Part shown: positions 10,120 through 19,590 of the stretch, piece by piece | Numbering within the stretch: the stretch's first letter is position 1 | Layout: the number at the start of each line of letters is the position of its first letter | NCBI GenBank assembly: GCA_963724465.1 | Contig: CAVRUT010000009.1 | Span: 66,424 to 130,423 of the forward strand | Length of the DNA stretch: 64,000 nucleotides | Direction of reading: 5' to 3' | Origin: an uncultured Acidobacteriota bacterium | GTDB taxonomy: Bacteria > Acidobacteriota > Thermoanaerobaculia > UBA5066 > Gp7-AA6 | Notes under the pieces: generated by a model | Told to the model about the DNA's origin: nothing | Database searches by the model: none | The model's input: the letters and a program-made list of their open reading frames with translations, nothing else | Program-made: the position numbers and the translations under genes

Positions 10120-10671
10120 TTGAATTTCGGCATGAAGACCTTCTTCGCACTCCTGCTGTCCGCGGCGCCTCTCCTCGCCAGCCCCGACCCGCCGAAGAAG
10201 CCCGCGCCGACGCTGAAGTCCATCCTCCTCGAGCAGTTCAAGACGACCCACGCCAACCAGGACTGGTTCGTCCCCGCGAGCAAAGCCGTCGACGGGCTCT
10301 CCGCGGAGCAGGCCGCGTGGAAGGACGGCAGCGTCAACCACTCGATCGCCCAGCTCGTCAGCCACCTCATCTTCTGGAACCAGGAGCAGCTCGCCCAGCT
10401 CAAGGGCAAGCCCGCGCCGCCCTAAAGCGGAAAGAACTACGACACCTTCAACATCAACGTCGACAAGAGCACCTGGGCCGCCATGGTCAAGGACCTCGAC
10501 GCCATCCTCACCGACTGGGAGAAGGCCATCGAGTCGGCCGACGACGCCACGCTGCAGAAATGGGCCTCCACCATCGCCCACGTCAGCACCCACAACGCGT
10601 ACCACACGGGCCAGATCCTCTACATCCGGAAGCAGCAGGGTTCGTGGAATCCGGAGAAGGGGGTCAAGTAG
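10120..10671 (+). pseudogene. DinB family (DinB_2) protein interrupted by an in-frame TAA
   Basis: Two same-frame ORFs (10120-10425 and 10483-10671) together form one DinB-like protein with a signal peptide (likely ATG 10132). They are separated by TAA at 10423-10425. The downstream part carries AHVSTHNAYHTGQILYIRK. Confidence 0.7.
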
Positions 10672-10682
10672 GGGAGCCTTAA

Positions 10683-10797
10683 CCCTCACCCCCCTGCGGG
10701 GGGAGCGGGGGAGTGCGAGGGTCTCCCCTCGCCACAAGGGGTGCCGGCCGCGGCCGAAGGCCGCGTCTCGCGGAGCGAGCGGCCGGCAGGGTGAGGG
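10683..10797. repeat. Repeat family 2 composite structured element (CCCTCACCC ... GGGTGAGGG)
   Basis: An outer 9-nt inverted repeat encloses the inner hairpins CCCCCC-TGC-GGGGGG and GGCCGCGGCCGAAGGCCGCG. Confidence 0.55.
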
Positions 10798-10875
10798 GGA
10801 GCGCGCACGATCTTCTCTCTCTGGTGCGGGGCAGGGGTGTGGAGACCTTCCTCCGGCCTGGCCTCGGTCAGTGCT

Positions 10876-10891
10876 ACAATATATAAATTGT
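10876..10891. promoter_or_regulatory. Palindrome ACAAT-N6-ATTGT overlapping the start of the NTase-1/HTH-1 operon (candidate XRE operator)
   Basis: Perfect 5+5 inverted repeat in the only AT-rich patch upstream of 10890, next to TACAAT and TATAAA -10-like hexamers. Confidence 0.35.
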
Positions 10892-11492
10892 GTCATCGCG
10901 CTCGCGTTTCGAGGATGTGGTCCGCCTGCCCGAAGGACCTCGCCGCACGGCCGCCATCGCCGCCTGGATCCAGAGTCTTTACGTCTCGAAGCCGCCGGTT
11001 CTCGTCGGCGGAGCCGCAGTCGAGCTGTACACCAGGGGTGCCTACACGACCGGCGACTTCGATTTCGTCGGCGTCGTTCCCGCCACGGTAGCCAAGGCGC
11101 TCGAGGAGGTGGGTTTTCGGCGCGAAGGCCGGCATTGGATTCACTCGAAAGCGCAGCTCTACGTGGAATTTCCGGGCGGCGCCGTGCAAGAACACGAGAA
11201 AACGGCCAGGGTCGAACTCGACGGCATCCGCGTTCTGACGCTCAGCCCCGAGGACCTGATCGTCGATCGCCTGGCCGCCTGGCAGTTCTGGCGCTCCACG
11301 ACGGATGCCGCCAGCGCGTTTCTGGTCTGGAAATCTCAGGAGGGCAGAGTCGATTCGAAACGGTTGGTAGAGCTCGCCGGCATTCGCGGTGTCGAGCGAG
11401 GTCTGAAGAAACTCCTGGATTTCGCAACTGCCTCGAAGCTGCGATCTCCTTCAGCCGAGGACCTCGAGAATTGGGCAAGCAAGACGCCGTGA
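10890..11492 (+). CDS. Nucleotidyltransferase-fold protein (pol-beta superfamily, MNT/DUF6036-like), module 1
   Basis: GG..AV..Y...T.DFDFV signature in VLVGGAAVELYTRGAYTTGDFDFVG. Its stop overlaps the GTG of the downstream HTH gene. Confidence 0.6.
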   Translation: MSSRSRFEDVVRLPEGPRRTAAIAAWIQSLYVSKPPVLVGGAAVELYTRGAYTTGDFDFVGVVPATVAKALEEVGFRREGRHWIHSKAQLYVEFPGGAVQEHEKTARVELDGIRVLTLSPEDLIVDRLAAWQFWRSTTDAASAFLVWKSQEGRVDSKRLVELAGIRGVERGLKKLLDFATASKLRSPSAEDLENWASKTP

Positions 11493-11812
11493 AAACTTAC
11501 GTGACCCCGCGCAACGCCTTCCTCGAGAAGCTACCGGAAGGACTCGTCCGGCGCCGACCGCGGTCGTTTGCCGAGTGGAAGGCATTGCGCCGGTGGGGAC
11601 AACTACCGAAATGGGAACCGGTGCCTGCGGGCTACCTCCTCCGACTCTGCCGCGAAAAGGCTGGATTGAGCCAGCCGGAGTTGGCGGCGCTTCTGGGTTG
11701 CTCCCAGCAAGCGGTCGCTCAGGCCGAGCGCTGGCAGAGCAACCCTACGGTTGAGTTCATGCGAAATTGGGCTCGGGCCTGCAAATCGACGATCAAGCTG
11801 GAAATTCGTTGA
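11489..11812 (+). CDS. XRE-family helix-turn-helix protein, module 1
   Basis: GTG 11489 overlaps the upstream TGA (GTGA). C-terminal HTH: LRLCREKAGLSQPELAALLGCSQQAVAQAERWQSNP. Confidence 0.6.
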   Translation: MKTYVTPRNAFLEKLPEGLVRRRPRSFAEWKALRRWGQLPKWEPVPAGYLLRLCREKAGLSQPELAALLGCSQQAVAQAERWQSNPTVEFMRNWARACKSTIKLEIR

Positions 11813-11945
11813 ACTTGCGAGGCTCCTCGCTCGGACTTTTCTCCGCGCGTAATAATCCCCCTCGGCGCGCGTAGGATTCGGGCGGGATTGGTGGGGTTGG
11901 TGCTCACGTCTTGGCGCTTCGAGAGAATTCCGCGCCTCGCTGACC

Positions 11946-11966
11946 CCCTCTCCCAGCGGGAGAGGG
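11946..11966. repeat. Repeat family 2 hairpin (CCCTCTCCC-AGC-GGGAGAGGG)
   Basis: Perfect 9-bp stem between convergent modules 1 and 2. Related hairpins lie at 6081-6103 and 16264-16298. Confidence 0.6.
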
Positions 11967-12011
11967 TTGGGGTGAGGGGCTCGCTCGCGGATTCGGCTGT
12001 TCAGTGCGCCC

Positions 12012-12587
12012 TTACCGTCGTTCGCCCTCAGGCTCCTTGGGCCAGCACATGTCGACCCACAGCTCGAGCGTCAGGTCATGCTTCTTCTGTCCTGATGCGA
12101 GATTGGGCCTGTATTCGGTTGCGTAACGCCTGCGCAAAGCCGCTTTGCTGATGAACCCGGCGCGCGCGAGCGCCTGAACGTCCTCGCGATCGACGTCACT
12201 GTTGCGTTCGAGCTTCGTCAAGGCGAGATCATGTGCTTCCAAGGCGAAGAGCCTGAGGCGGTCGAAATGGTGATCCGGCCACATCTGGATCAAGCGTGTC
12301 TCGTAGTTCTCGGGATACGTGGCGATTTTCACGGGCTGCAAATACACATGGAAGCGTCGATAGAGGCGCGTTCCCTCGCCAGCAACGCGTTGCAGCTCTG
12401 ACAGCTGCCCTGCGGGGATGGCTGTCAGGACGTCGATGTCCGAGGTCGTGCGAGATAGGCCGTACTGCATCGTGACCGCGAATCCGCCGATGCAGTAAAG
12501 GTCGATCGCCTCCGTCATCAGGCCGTCTAGAGCCTCCAGGAATCGCCCCCACGGCTCCGGAATCGGCGAGCTGCGGCTACGAGACAT
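12012..12587 (-). CDS. DUF6036-like nucleotidyltransferase, module 2
   Basis: IGGFAVTMQYGLSRTTSDIDVL signature. It overlaps the upstream HTH gene by 11 nt. Confidence 0.65.
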   Translation of the reverse strand: MSRSRSSPIPEPWGRFLEALDGLMTEAIDLYCIGGFAVTMQYGLSRTTSDIDVLTAIPAGQLSELQRVAGEGTRLYRRFHVYLQPVKIATYPENYETRLIQMWPDHHFDRLRLFALEAHDLALTKLERNSDVDREDVQALARAGFISKAALRRRYATEYRPNLASGQKKHDLTLELWVDMCWPKEPEGERR

Positions 12588-13263
12588 ACGGCAGCTCTTC
12601 CACCTTCATTCCCGCGAGGACGTTCCAGTGACGCGCCTCGGCCGACCGATGCCGGCGTAGCCATTCTCGCTCCGCCTCGGGCATCGTCTCGCGACACAGA
12701 GTCGTCTCGGCAGCGAGCCGGGCAGGCTCCAGTTCCCTCTCGACGCGCTTGAGCCTTTCGGCGGCGACGTGGTCGGACCGACGCTCTGCGACCTTCCTCG
12801 CCGCCGCGACCAGGAAGCCAAGCCGGTTCTGAACGTTTCGGAGCTTCGCGTTTTCGACGAGCCACTTCCAGTCGAGCGCCGGGTACCGCTGCAACATCCA
12901 GGGCATTGCCTCGGCGACGCGGCCATCGAGGTGATCCGCGACAACGGCGCCCAGGGCGACGGCCGCCGGATTGACCAGGGGCCCCTTTCGCAAGTGACCA
13001 TAGCCCGGGTATCCGAGCGTCGCGAGCTGGAAGGGGAGTCTCTCGGCTGCGGCTGGGCCGACCGGCGGCTCGTGGGGTGGGGCGAGCACCGTCGGGGAGA
13101 GCCCATACAACCTCGTGGCGGCGCGCGCGACCGGAGATGTGACGGCCCTCCGCCCTCGTTCGAGCAGCGAAAGATAGGGCTGTGTAAAGCCCAGCCGGGC
13201 CGCTGCCTCGACCTGCGTCAGCTTCGCGGCGACCCGTCCTTGCTTGAGGTCGGCTCCAGTCAT
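12577..13263 (-). CDS. XRE-family HTH protein with an extended C-terminal domain, module 2
   Basis: HTH: GRVAAKLTQVEAAARLGFTQPYLSLLERGRR. ATG 13263 is preferred because the sequence upstream of it is an AT-rich promoter/operator. Confidence 0.65.
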   Translation of the reverse strand: MTGADLKQGRVAAKLTQVEAAARLGFTQPYLSLLERGRRAVTSPVARAATRLYGLSPTVLAPPHEPPVGPAAAERLPFQLATLGYPGYGHLRKGPLVNPAAVALGAVVADHLDGRVAEAMPWMLQRYPALDWKWLVENAKLRNVQNRLGFLVAAARKVAERRSDHVAAERLKRVERELEPARLAAETTLCRETMPEAEREWLRRHRSAEARHWNVLAGMKVEELPYVS

Positions 13264-13278
13264 GCCATTCACCTGCTT

Positions 13279-13303
13279 GAATATAACACAATCTGTCATA
13301 TTC
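13279..13303. promoter_or_regulatory. Palindrome GAATAT-N13-ATATTC upstream of HTH-2 (candidate operator, contains a TATATT -10)
   Basis: Perfect 6+6 inverted repeat in an AT-rich patch immediately 5' of the module 2 operon on the minus strand. Confidence 0.35.
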
Positions 13304-13479
13304 ATGGCCCTCAACGGCCCCTGGCCGTCACTTGGAGCGGACCCTGTGCTCCCTCGCAGGCCCGCCGCGCGCCCCTACTCGTTCCTCAAGAGTGCGGCCG
13401 GGTGCGCGCGCGTCCCGCGGATGGCCGGAACGAGGCAGGCGCACATGGCCACGGCGAGGAGCAGCGCGCCCACGCTCTT

Positions 13480-13852
13480 GTAAGAATCGGCTTCCGTCGC
13501 GCCGGAGATCACTACGACCACGAGGCGACTTCTTTCTTCGTCGAGTTTCCGCGCGGCCCCCTTTCGATCGGTCGGGACCTCGAGATCCGACCGTTCGAGG
13601 TCAGGGTTGGGAACCGCACGGTTCTGGCGCTTTCGGCCACGGATTCCTGCCGAGACCGCCTAGGCGGCCTTCTACTTCTGGAACGACCGTCAGTGCCTGG
13701 AGGTAGCGGTTCGGATCGCGCTCCGACAGGACGTCGACCTCGGTACGATTCGGCGCTGGTCTGAGCTCGAAGGCATGCGGGAGCGATGCACGGACTTCGA
13801 ACGGGAGCTCAAGAGGCACCGTCGGAGACTCAGATCGGGAGGTTCGCGGTGA
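13480..13852 (+). pseudogene. Truncated, frameshifted third copy of the module-1-type nucleotidyltransferase gene
   Basis: IGFRRAGDHYDHEATSFFVEFPRGPL...VLALSATDSCRDRL parallels VGFRREGRHWIHSKAQLYVEFPGGAV...VLTLSPEDLIVDRL of 10890-11492. The match continues in another frame after about 13660 (AAFYFWNDRQCLEVAV...). The N-terminal catalytic part is missing. Confidence 0.5.
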
Positions 13853-14028
13853 TCCCGACTCCAACTCTTGAACTCTTCGCGCGCCCCGCGCCCCGCTGGG
13901 AGAGGGGGACTCATTGTCGCGCGCGGCTCCAACAATCCTCTCCAGCCGGAGAGGAGGTCGGCGAAGCGCGTGGGCGCAAGGCGGTCCGGGTGATAGCGTC
14001 CGGCCAACAGCACACTAAGGAGGGAACG

Positions 14029-14508
14029 ATGAGATCCAAAACGTTCGCAGCGCTGTTCGTCCTGGCGGCGGCTGTTTTCGCCCAGGAACCGGCGCAGTCG
14101 ACGGCGAAGGCCGTCACGAAGGCGGGAACGCCGATCTTCATGTCGGCCGCCGATCTGAAGTGGGCGGACTTGAACCCGACCGGCGCCCCCGGAGTCAAGA
14201 TTGCCGATGTCTGGGGCGAGCACGCCAGGGGCGGCTACCGCGCGTTCCTCAAGTTCCCGGCGGGCTTCGCGGCTCCGCTCCACACGCACACGAATGCCAT
14301 CAAGATCGTGGTGATCTCGGGCACGTACATCCAGACTCCGGAAGGAAAGAGCGAGATGAGGATGGGACCGGGCTCCTACGTGTTCCAGCCGGGAGGAAGC
14401 TACAAGCACCTTTCCGCCTGCGACAAGGCGTCCGAATGTTTGCTGTTCATCGAGAGCACCGGGAAGTTCGACCTGAAACCGGTGGAGGCGGCGAAGGCAG
14501 CGAAATAG
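14029..14508 (+). CDS. Secreted cupin-domain protein (paralog of 32180-32665)
   Basis: RBS AAGGAGGG, then a signal peptide and the cupin core FPAGFAAPLHTHTNAIKIVVISGT...GPGSYVFQPGG. Confidence 0.75.
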   Translation: MRSKTFAALFVLAAAVFAQEPAQSTAKAVTKAGTPIFMSAADLKWADLNPTGAPGVKIADVWGEHARGGYRAFLKFPAGFAAPLHTHTNAIKIVVISGTYIQTPEGKSEMRMGPGSYVFQPGGSYKHLSACDKASECLLFIESTGKFDLKPVEAAKAAK

Positions 14509-14511
14509 GTC

Positions 14512-14559
14512 GGGATCCCTCGCTGCGCTGGGGATGACTGGCAACGCGCTCGGGATGAC
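14512..14559. repeat. Repeat family 1 (GGGATCCCTCGCTGCGCTCGGGATGAC type), copy plus half-site
   Basis: GGGATCCCTCGCTGCGCTGGGGATGAC, then GCGCTCGGGATGAC. Confidence 0.8.
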
Positions 14560-14606
14560 GGCGACTCGGCGGTGCTCGTCGAGCCGCGGTCAGTCAGAAT
14601 GCGTGC

Positions 14607-15290
14607 ATGCCTGATTCTCCAGCCAGAGTTCTCGCGGTCAGCGTCGGCGGCGCTCGCGAATTCGAGTACCGCGGCCGCCCCGCACGGAGCGCGATCTGGA
14701 AGTCGCCAGTCGCGGGTCGGGTCGCCGTTCGCGGCGTCAATCTCGAAGGAGACGACCAGGCGGACCGGCAGGCGCACGGAGGTCCCGACAAAGCGGTCTA
14801 CGCCTATGCCGTCGAGGACGCACGCTGGTGGGAAGCGCAGATCGGCCGGCCATTCGCGCCTGCGGAGTTCGGCGAGAACCTGACGACCGAGGGCATCGAG
14901 GTCAACGACGCGCTCGTCGGCGAGCGATGGGCAGTCGGGTCGACCGTTCTCGAGGTCTCCGAGCCGCGAATACCGTGCTGGCGGCTGGGAGTGCGGATGA
15001 ACGACCCGAAGTTCGTTCGCCTTTTCACCGATTCGCTCCGATCGGGCGCCTACATGCGAATCGTCGTCGAGGGGGAGGTCGGAGCCGGCGACCAGATCGA
15101 GGTGATCGAGAAACCCGAACACGATGTGTCGATCCGCGACGTCTTCCGCATCTACACGAGGGATCGGGACGAGTGCGGGCGCCTCATCGCGGTTCCCCAG
15201 ATGTCGGCGGCATGGAAGCGGTGGGCCCGGGACATGCTTCAGCGCGTCCAGGGTGGCGCGAAGGACGCCGCGACGCCCGGCTGCTGCTGA
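14607..15290 (+). CDS. MOSC domain-containing protein (YiiM-like)
   Basis: GDDQADRQAHGGPDKAVYAY and SEPRIPCWRLGVRM blocks typical of MOSC. Confidence 0.8.
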   Translation: MPDSPARVLAVSVGGAREFEYRGRPARSAIWKSPVAGRVAVRGVNLEGDDQADRQAHGGPDKAVYAYAVEDARWWEAQIGRPFAPAEFGENLTTEGIEVNDALVGERWAVGSTVLEVSEPRIPCWRLGVRMNDPKFVRLFTDSLRSGAYMRIVVEGEVGAGDQIEVIEKPEHDVSIRDVFRIYTRDRDECGRLIAVPQMSAAWKRWARDMLQRVQGGAKDAATPGCC

Positions 15291-15363
15291 GAGGCGTGAA
15301 CGGTCGGCGGGCTTCGACGGCGTCTGCCCGCAACCTTTCCGCGGGTCGCCGGGTTCCACTTCC

Positions 15364-16262
15364 ATGGCCACGCCGCCAATCGGCCTGATCGGCGTCCCCT
15401 CGAGTGCCGGCGCGCGCCGAACCGGACAGGAGCGAGCGCCCGCCGCCTTCCGCGCCGCCGGCCTGCTGGAACGCTTGCGGGCCGACGGTCTCGACGTCGC
15501 CGATCTCGGCGACCTGCCCTCCGTCTCCTACCGCCCCGACCCCGAGCACCCACGGCAACAGAACGCCGACCTCGTCGCAGACGTGGCCCGGCAGACGGCG
15601 GATCGCGTCGACCGCGCCCTCGGGAATCGCCGATTGCCGCTCGTGCTGGGAGGCGACTGCACCATCGGTCTCGGGGTCATCTCGGGCTTGCTCCGGTATC
15701 GACCGCGTCTCGGCCTGCTGTATTTCGACGGAGACCTGGACCTCAACACTCCCGATACGACGCCCTCGGGGATCTTCGACGGGATGGTCTTGGCCCACGT
15801 TCTCGGTCGCGGCAGGCGCGAGCTCGCCGGGATCGGGCCCCGACGGCCGCTCCTGTCCGAAGAGGACGTCGTCCTCTTCGGTTACGACGAGGACTCCGGC
15901 TTCATCGACCCTCCCGAGCGCGAGGCCCTGGAGCGTTCGCGGATGTCGAAGTACCCGCTGGCTCTCGTCCGCTCGGATGCGTCCACGGCCGCGGGGCAGG
16001 CCCTGCTTTCTCTGGAGAGCCGGTCGGACGCCTTCCTCGTCCACTTCGACGTCGACGTGACGAACCTCGCCGCCGCCGACGTGCACCATCCCCACGGCCT
16101 CGACGTCGACTCGGCCTTCGCCGCGCTGAAGGTGTTCGTCGCAGCCCCCCCTGTGCGGCCGTCCTCGTGACCGAGCTCAACGCCGACAAGGATGCGGACG
16201 GCTCTCAGGCCGCCGGCCTGGTCGAGGGCCTGGTCGAAGTCCTCGGGGCGCGAAAGGCGTGA
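15364..16262 (+). pseudogene. Arginase/ureohydrolase-family protein, frame broken at a C7 run near the 3' end
   Basis: Family fold is recognisable (GGDCTIGLG, YFDGDLDLN, HFDVDV). The annotated frame stops at 16170. The conserved tail ...CAAVLVTELNADKDADGSQAAGLVEGLV continues in the next frame to TGA 16260-16262. The shift lies in CCCCCCC at 16145-16151. Confidence 0.7.
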
Positions 16263-16263
16263 A

Positions 16264-16298
16264 CTCCCCTCTCCCTCCTTTCAGTAGGGAGAGGGGAG
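16264..16298. terminator. 13-bp perfect hairpin between convergent genes (bidirectional terminator candidate)
   Basis: CTCCCCTCTCCCT-9 nt-AGGGAGAGGGGAG lies between the arginase-family gene (+) and 16309-16743 (-). Confidence 0.5.
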
Positions 16299-16308
16299 GA
16301 TTTCCTTC

Positions 16309-16743
16309 CTACTTGCTCGCGGCCGCGACGAGGTCGGCGGCGGTCACCGGCCCGATCACCATGGTGTCGCTGTGCCAGGCGATCATCGTGCGGAACTCGA
16401 GGCTCGCCGCGAATCCGGTCTTGCGGCCGTGTTTCTTGGAAACCTCATCCACCTTGGCCTGCTGAGCGTCGCTCAGGTCCGGCGCGATCTGCATGTAGTC
16501 CCAGCTGTCGCCGTTCGTGTGCGCATAGATCTGGGAGACCGGAACCCCGGCCTCCTTGTCTATCGCGTCGTTTTCGGCCACCCACTTCAGGAATTCGAGG
16601 TGCTTGCCCGGCGCAATGCGATAGAGGGCGACTCGCGCCGTCGGCGGCTTCATCTCCTTGCCCGCCTGTGCGCTGACGGTGGGAGCGTCGAGGAAGGCGA
16701 AAGCCAGTAGCAGAAGGGGAATCAGGCGGAGAAAACGTCTCAC
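16309..16743 (-). CDS. Secreted hypothetical protein
   Basis: GTG 16743 is preceded by AAGGAGG. Signal peptide RRFLRLIPLLLLAFAFL. No family recognised. Confidence 0.55.
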   Translation of the reverse strand: MRRFLRLIPLLLLAFAFLDAPTVSAQAGKEMKPPTARVALYRIAPGKHLEFLKWVAENDAIDKEAGVPVSQIYAHTNGDSWDYMQIAPDLSDAQQAKVDEVSKKHGRKTGFAASLEFRTMIAWHSDTMVIGPVTAADLVAAASK

Positions 16744-16918
16744 GAGAACCTCCTTGGTGCACGGCACCTGCGTCGCCACGATGGAATGAGATCGCCGTGC
16801 ACACCGCCCGGCGAGATCGTGTTCACTCCATGCTGGGGCGAAAAACTTGGGTGCACTCTATCCGTAGCGCCCTGGCACGTCAAAGTCGTCGGGCGAGAGT
16901 CCGGGATCCGCCGGATCC

Positions 16919-19574
16919 TCATTCGGCGCGCAGAACCTCGAAGAGATTGGCCGACGTCGCCTTCCGCGCGGCGGACCAGGAGGCCGCGATCGCCGCAAGG
17001 CCGAGCAGCAAGACCGCGATCGTGTAGCTGGCAGGGTCGCGCGGCGTGACGCCGAAGAGTTGCGAGCGAAGGAACCGCGCGATGAGGAAGGCGGCGGGGA
17101 TGCCGAGAGCGAGCCCGGCGGCCGCGACGCGCATTCCCTCGCGCAGCACCAGCCGCTGCACCTGGCCCGGCTGCGCCCCAACCGCCAATCGCAAGAGGAA
17201 TTCCTTTCGCCGCTGCGCCACCGAGTGCGCGACGACGCCGTAGAGGCCGACGCAGGCGAGCAGCAGCGCGACGGCGGCGAACGCCCCCGAGAGAATCATC
17301 GTGAAGCGCTGCGCTCCGCGCGCCGCCGTCAGGTACTCGGCCAGCGGGCGAACCTCGGAGATCGGCAGCTCTGGATCGAGGCGGGCCAGGAGCCGGCGAA
17401 TCGGCTCGGCGAGCGCGCCCGGATCCGCGGAGGAGCGCACCACGTATGCCACGGGATTGCGATTGATCTGCCTCTGAGGGAAATAGACCTGCTCCCGCAC
17501 CTCCTCCGAAAGGCTCCGGTGGCGCAGATGCCGGACCACCCCGACGACGGTCGCCCACTTGGTCGGGTGCCCCGTGGATTGCGGGTCGACGCCGAGGCGT
17601 TGACCGACAGCGCTCTGGTTCGGCCACGCGAACCGCGCCAGCCGCTCGTCGACGATCACGACGGGCCGGCCCCTCAAATCGTCCGACTCGTCGAAGCCGC
17701 GACCCGCGACGAGGCGAGCGCCGATTGCCGCGAAGAAGCCCGGCGTGACGGCGCGATAGTCGGCCATCGGGGCCGTCGTATCGTCCGCGCCCGGCGCGGT
17801 GACGTAGGGCCCTCCCCAGTTCGGAATGTGATCGAAAGGCAGATGGCTGACGGCGGCCGCCGCGACGACACCCGGAAGTGCTGACAGTTCCTTTTCGAAC
17901 CGCCGTCCAAACTCGTTGAACGCCTCGTGCGTGGCGTAGCGCGACTCCGGCAGGGCGAGGCGGAACGAGAGCACGCCGTCCGATTGGAACCCGGGATCGA
18001 CGCTCTGAAGGCGGTTGAAGGTCCGCGCGACGAGGCCGGCGCTCACGAGCAGAACGACGCCGAGGGCGATCTGAACGGCGACGAGGACCGTCCGAGTCCG
18101 GGACCGAAGTACCTGCCCCTCTCGCTTGAGCCTTGCGGCCGGGGTCGTCCGCAGGACCTCGGCGAGGGGCGCGAGCGAGAGAAGCACGCCCCACACCAGG
18201 GCCGTGCCGCCGGTGAACACGAGCACGCGCGCGTCGATTCTCGCAGCGGCAATCCGGCTCAGGCTCTCGGGCCGCGACGCGACGAGAGCGGCAAGGGCGG
18301 CCTTCGCCACGGCGATGCCGGCGCAAGCGCCGAGCGCCGCGAGGACGAGGCCCTCGACGACGCACTGCCGAAAGAGGCGCCCCCGGCTCGCTCCGAGGGC
18401 GATCCGGAGCGCGATCTCCTGTCTGCGAGAGGCGGCCCTGGCGGCGAGAAGCCCGGCGACGTTCACGCATGTGATCAGAAGGAGGATGGCGACCCCGCCG
18501 AAGAGCGCGAGCAGTACCGGCCGTATCTCCCTAACGCCGTCGGATTGGAGACCGACCGTGTTGTAGCGCCGACCTCCTCCGCCGTATTCGGTGAACTCCT
18601 GCGAGATCCGGGAGGCGATCGCGTCGATTTCCCGCCTTCCCTGATCGAGAGAGACGCCGGGTCGCATCCGGCCGACGACCCGCAGGAACTGCTGCCCGCG
18701 CGGCCCGGTCGTCATCTTCGGCCAGAAGGGAACCCAGGCCTCGAGGTCGTCCGGTACGGCCGAGTCGGGCGGCAGCAGAAGTCGGAAGGAGGCGGGCATC
18801 ACGCCGATGACCGTCGTCGGCTGCCCGTTGACGAGGATGCGGTGGCCCACGATCCCCGGATCGCCGCCGAACCGCCTCTGCCACAAGGAAGAGCTCAAGA
18901 GGATGCTGGGCGGCGCGCCGACGCCGTCGTCGCCCTCGCGGAACGCCCGGCCTCGCGCAGCCTCCGCTCCCAGGACCGAGAAGAAGTCCGGCGTGACGAG
19001 ACCGATCCGAAGCTGCTCGGGGTCTCCATCGCCATTGAGCGCCGCGCTGCTCGCCCAGATCGCGCCGAAGCCGCCGAACAGTCTCGCGCGTTCGCGCAGA
19101 TCCGCGAGCTCGGGGCCGGAAAGCGGCGCCCGCGGATAGCCGGCGTCGCTCATGTCGGACCACACGAAGACCAGGCGCGACGGTTCGCGATACGGCAGGG
19201 GCGCCAGCAACATCGCATTGACGACGCTGAAGATCGCCGTGTTCGCCCCGATGCCGAGGCCGAGCGTCAGAATCGTCGCCGCCGCGAAGCCCTTGAGACC
19301 TCCAGAGCCCTCTCCAGGCGTACCGCGCGTCCCGCCAGGTGGTCTCCAGGTCGACGCCGATCCGGGCCTCCCGCCCTTCTTCCTTGACGGACTCGACGCC
19401 GCCCATCTCGATCGAAGCCGCGCGGCGCGCGGCCGCCGGCTCGAGCCCCTCTCGGATCTTCTTGTCCGTCAGTGCCTGGAGGTATCCCCGCACTTCTTCG
19501 TCGAGCTCCGCGTCCAGGCGCGAGCGGTGGAAGAGGGTCCGCCACAGGCTCGCAATCCGGGGCATCAGGGGCAT
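16919..19574 (-). pseudogene. ADOP-type duplicated FtsX/MacB-like ABC permease, one frameshift near the N-terminus
   Basis: The N-terminal piece (MPLMPRIASLWRTLFHRSRLDAELDEEVRGYL...WRDARYAWRGL) is in one frame. The rest (KGFAAATILTLGLGIGANTAIFSVVNAMLLAPLPYREP...) is in another. The shift is at about 19290-19300. Confidence 0.8.
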
Positions 19575-19590
19575 GCGCTCCTCCTGAGTC

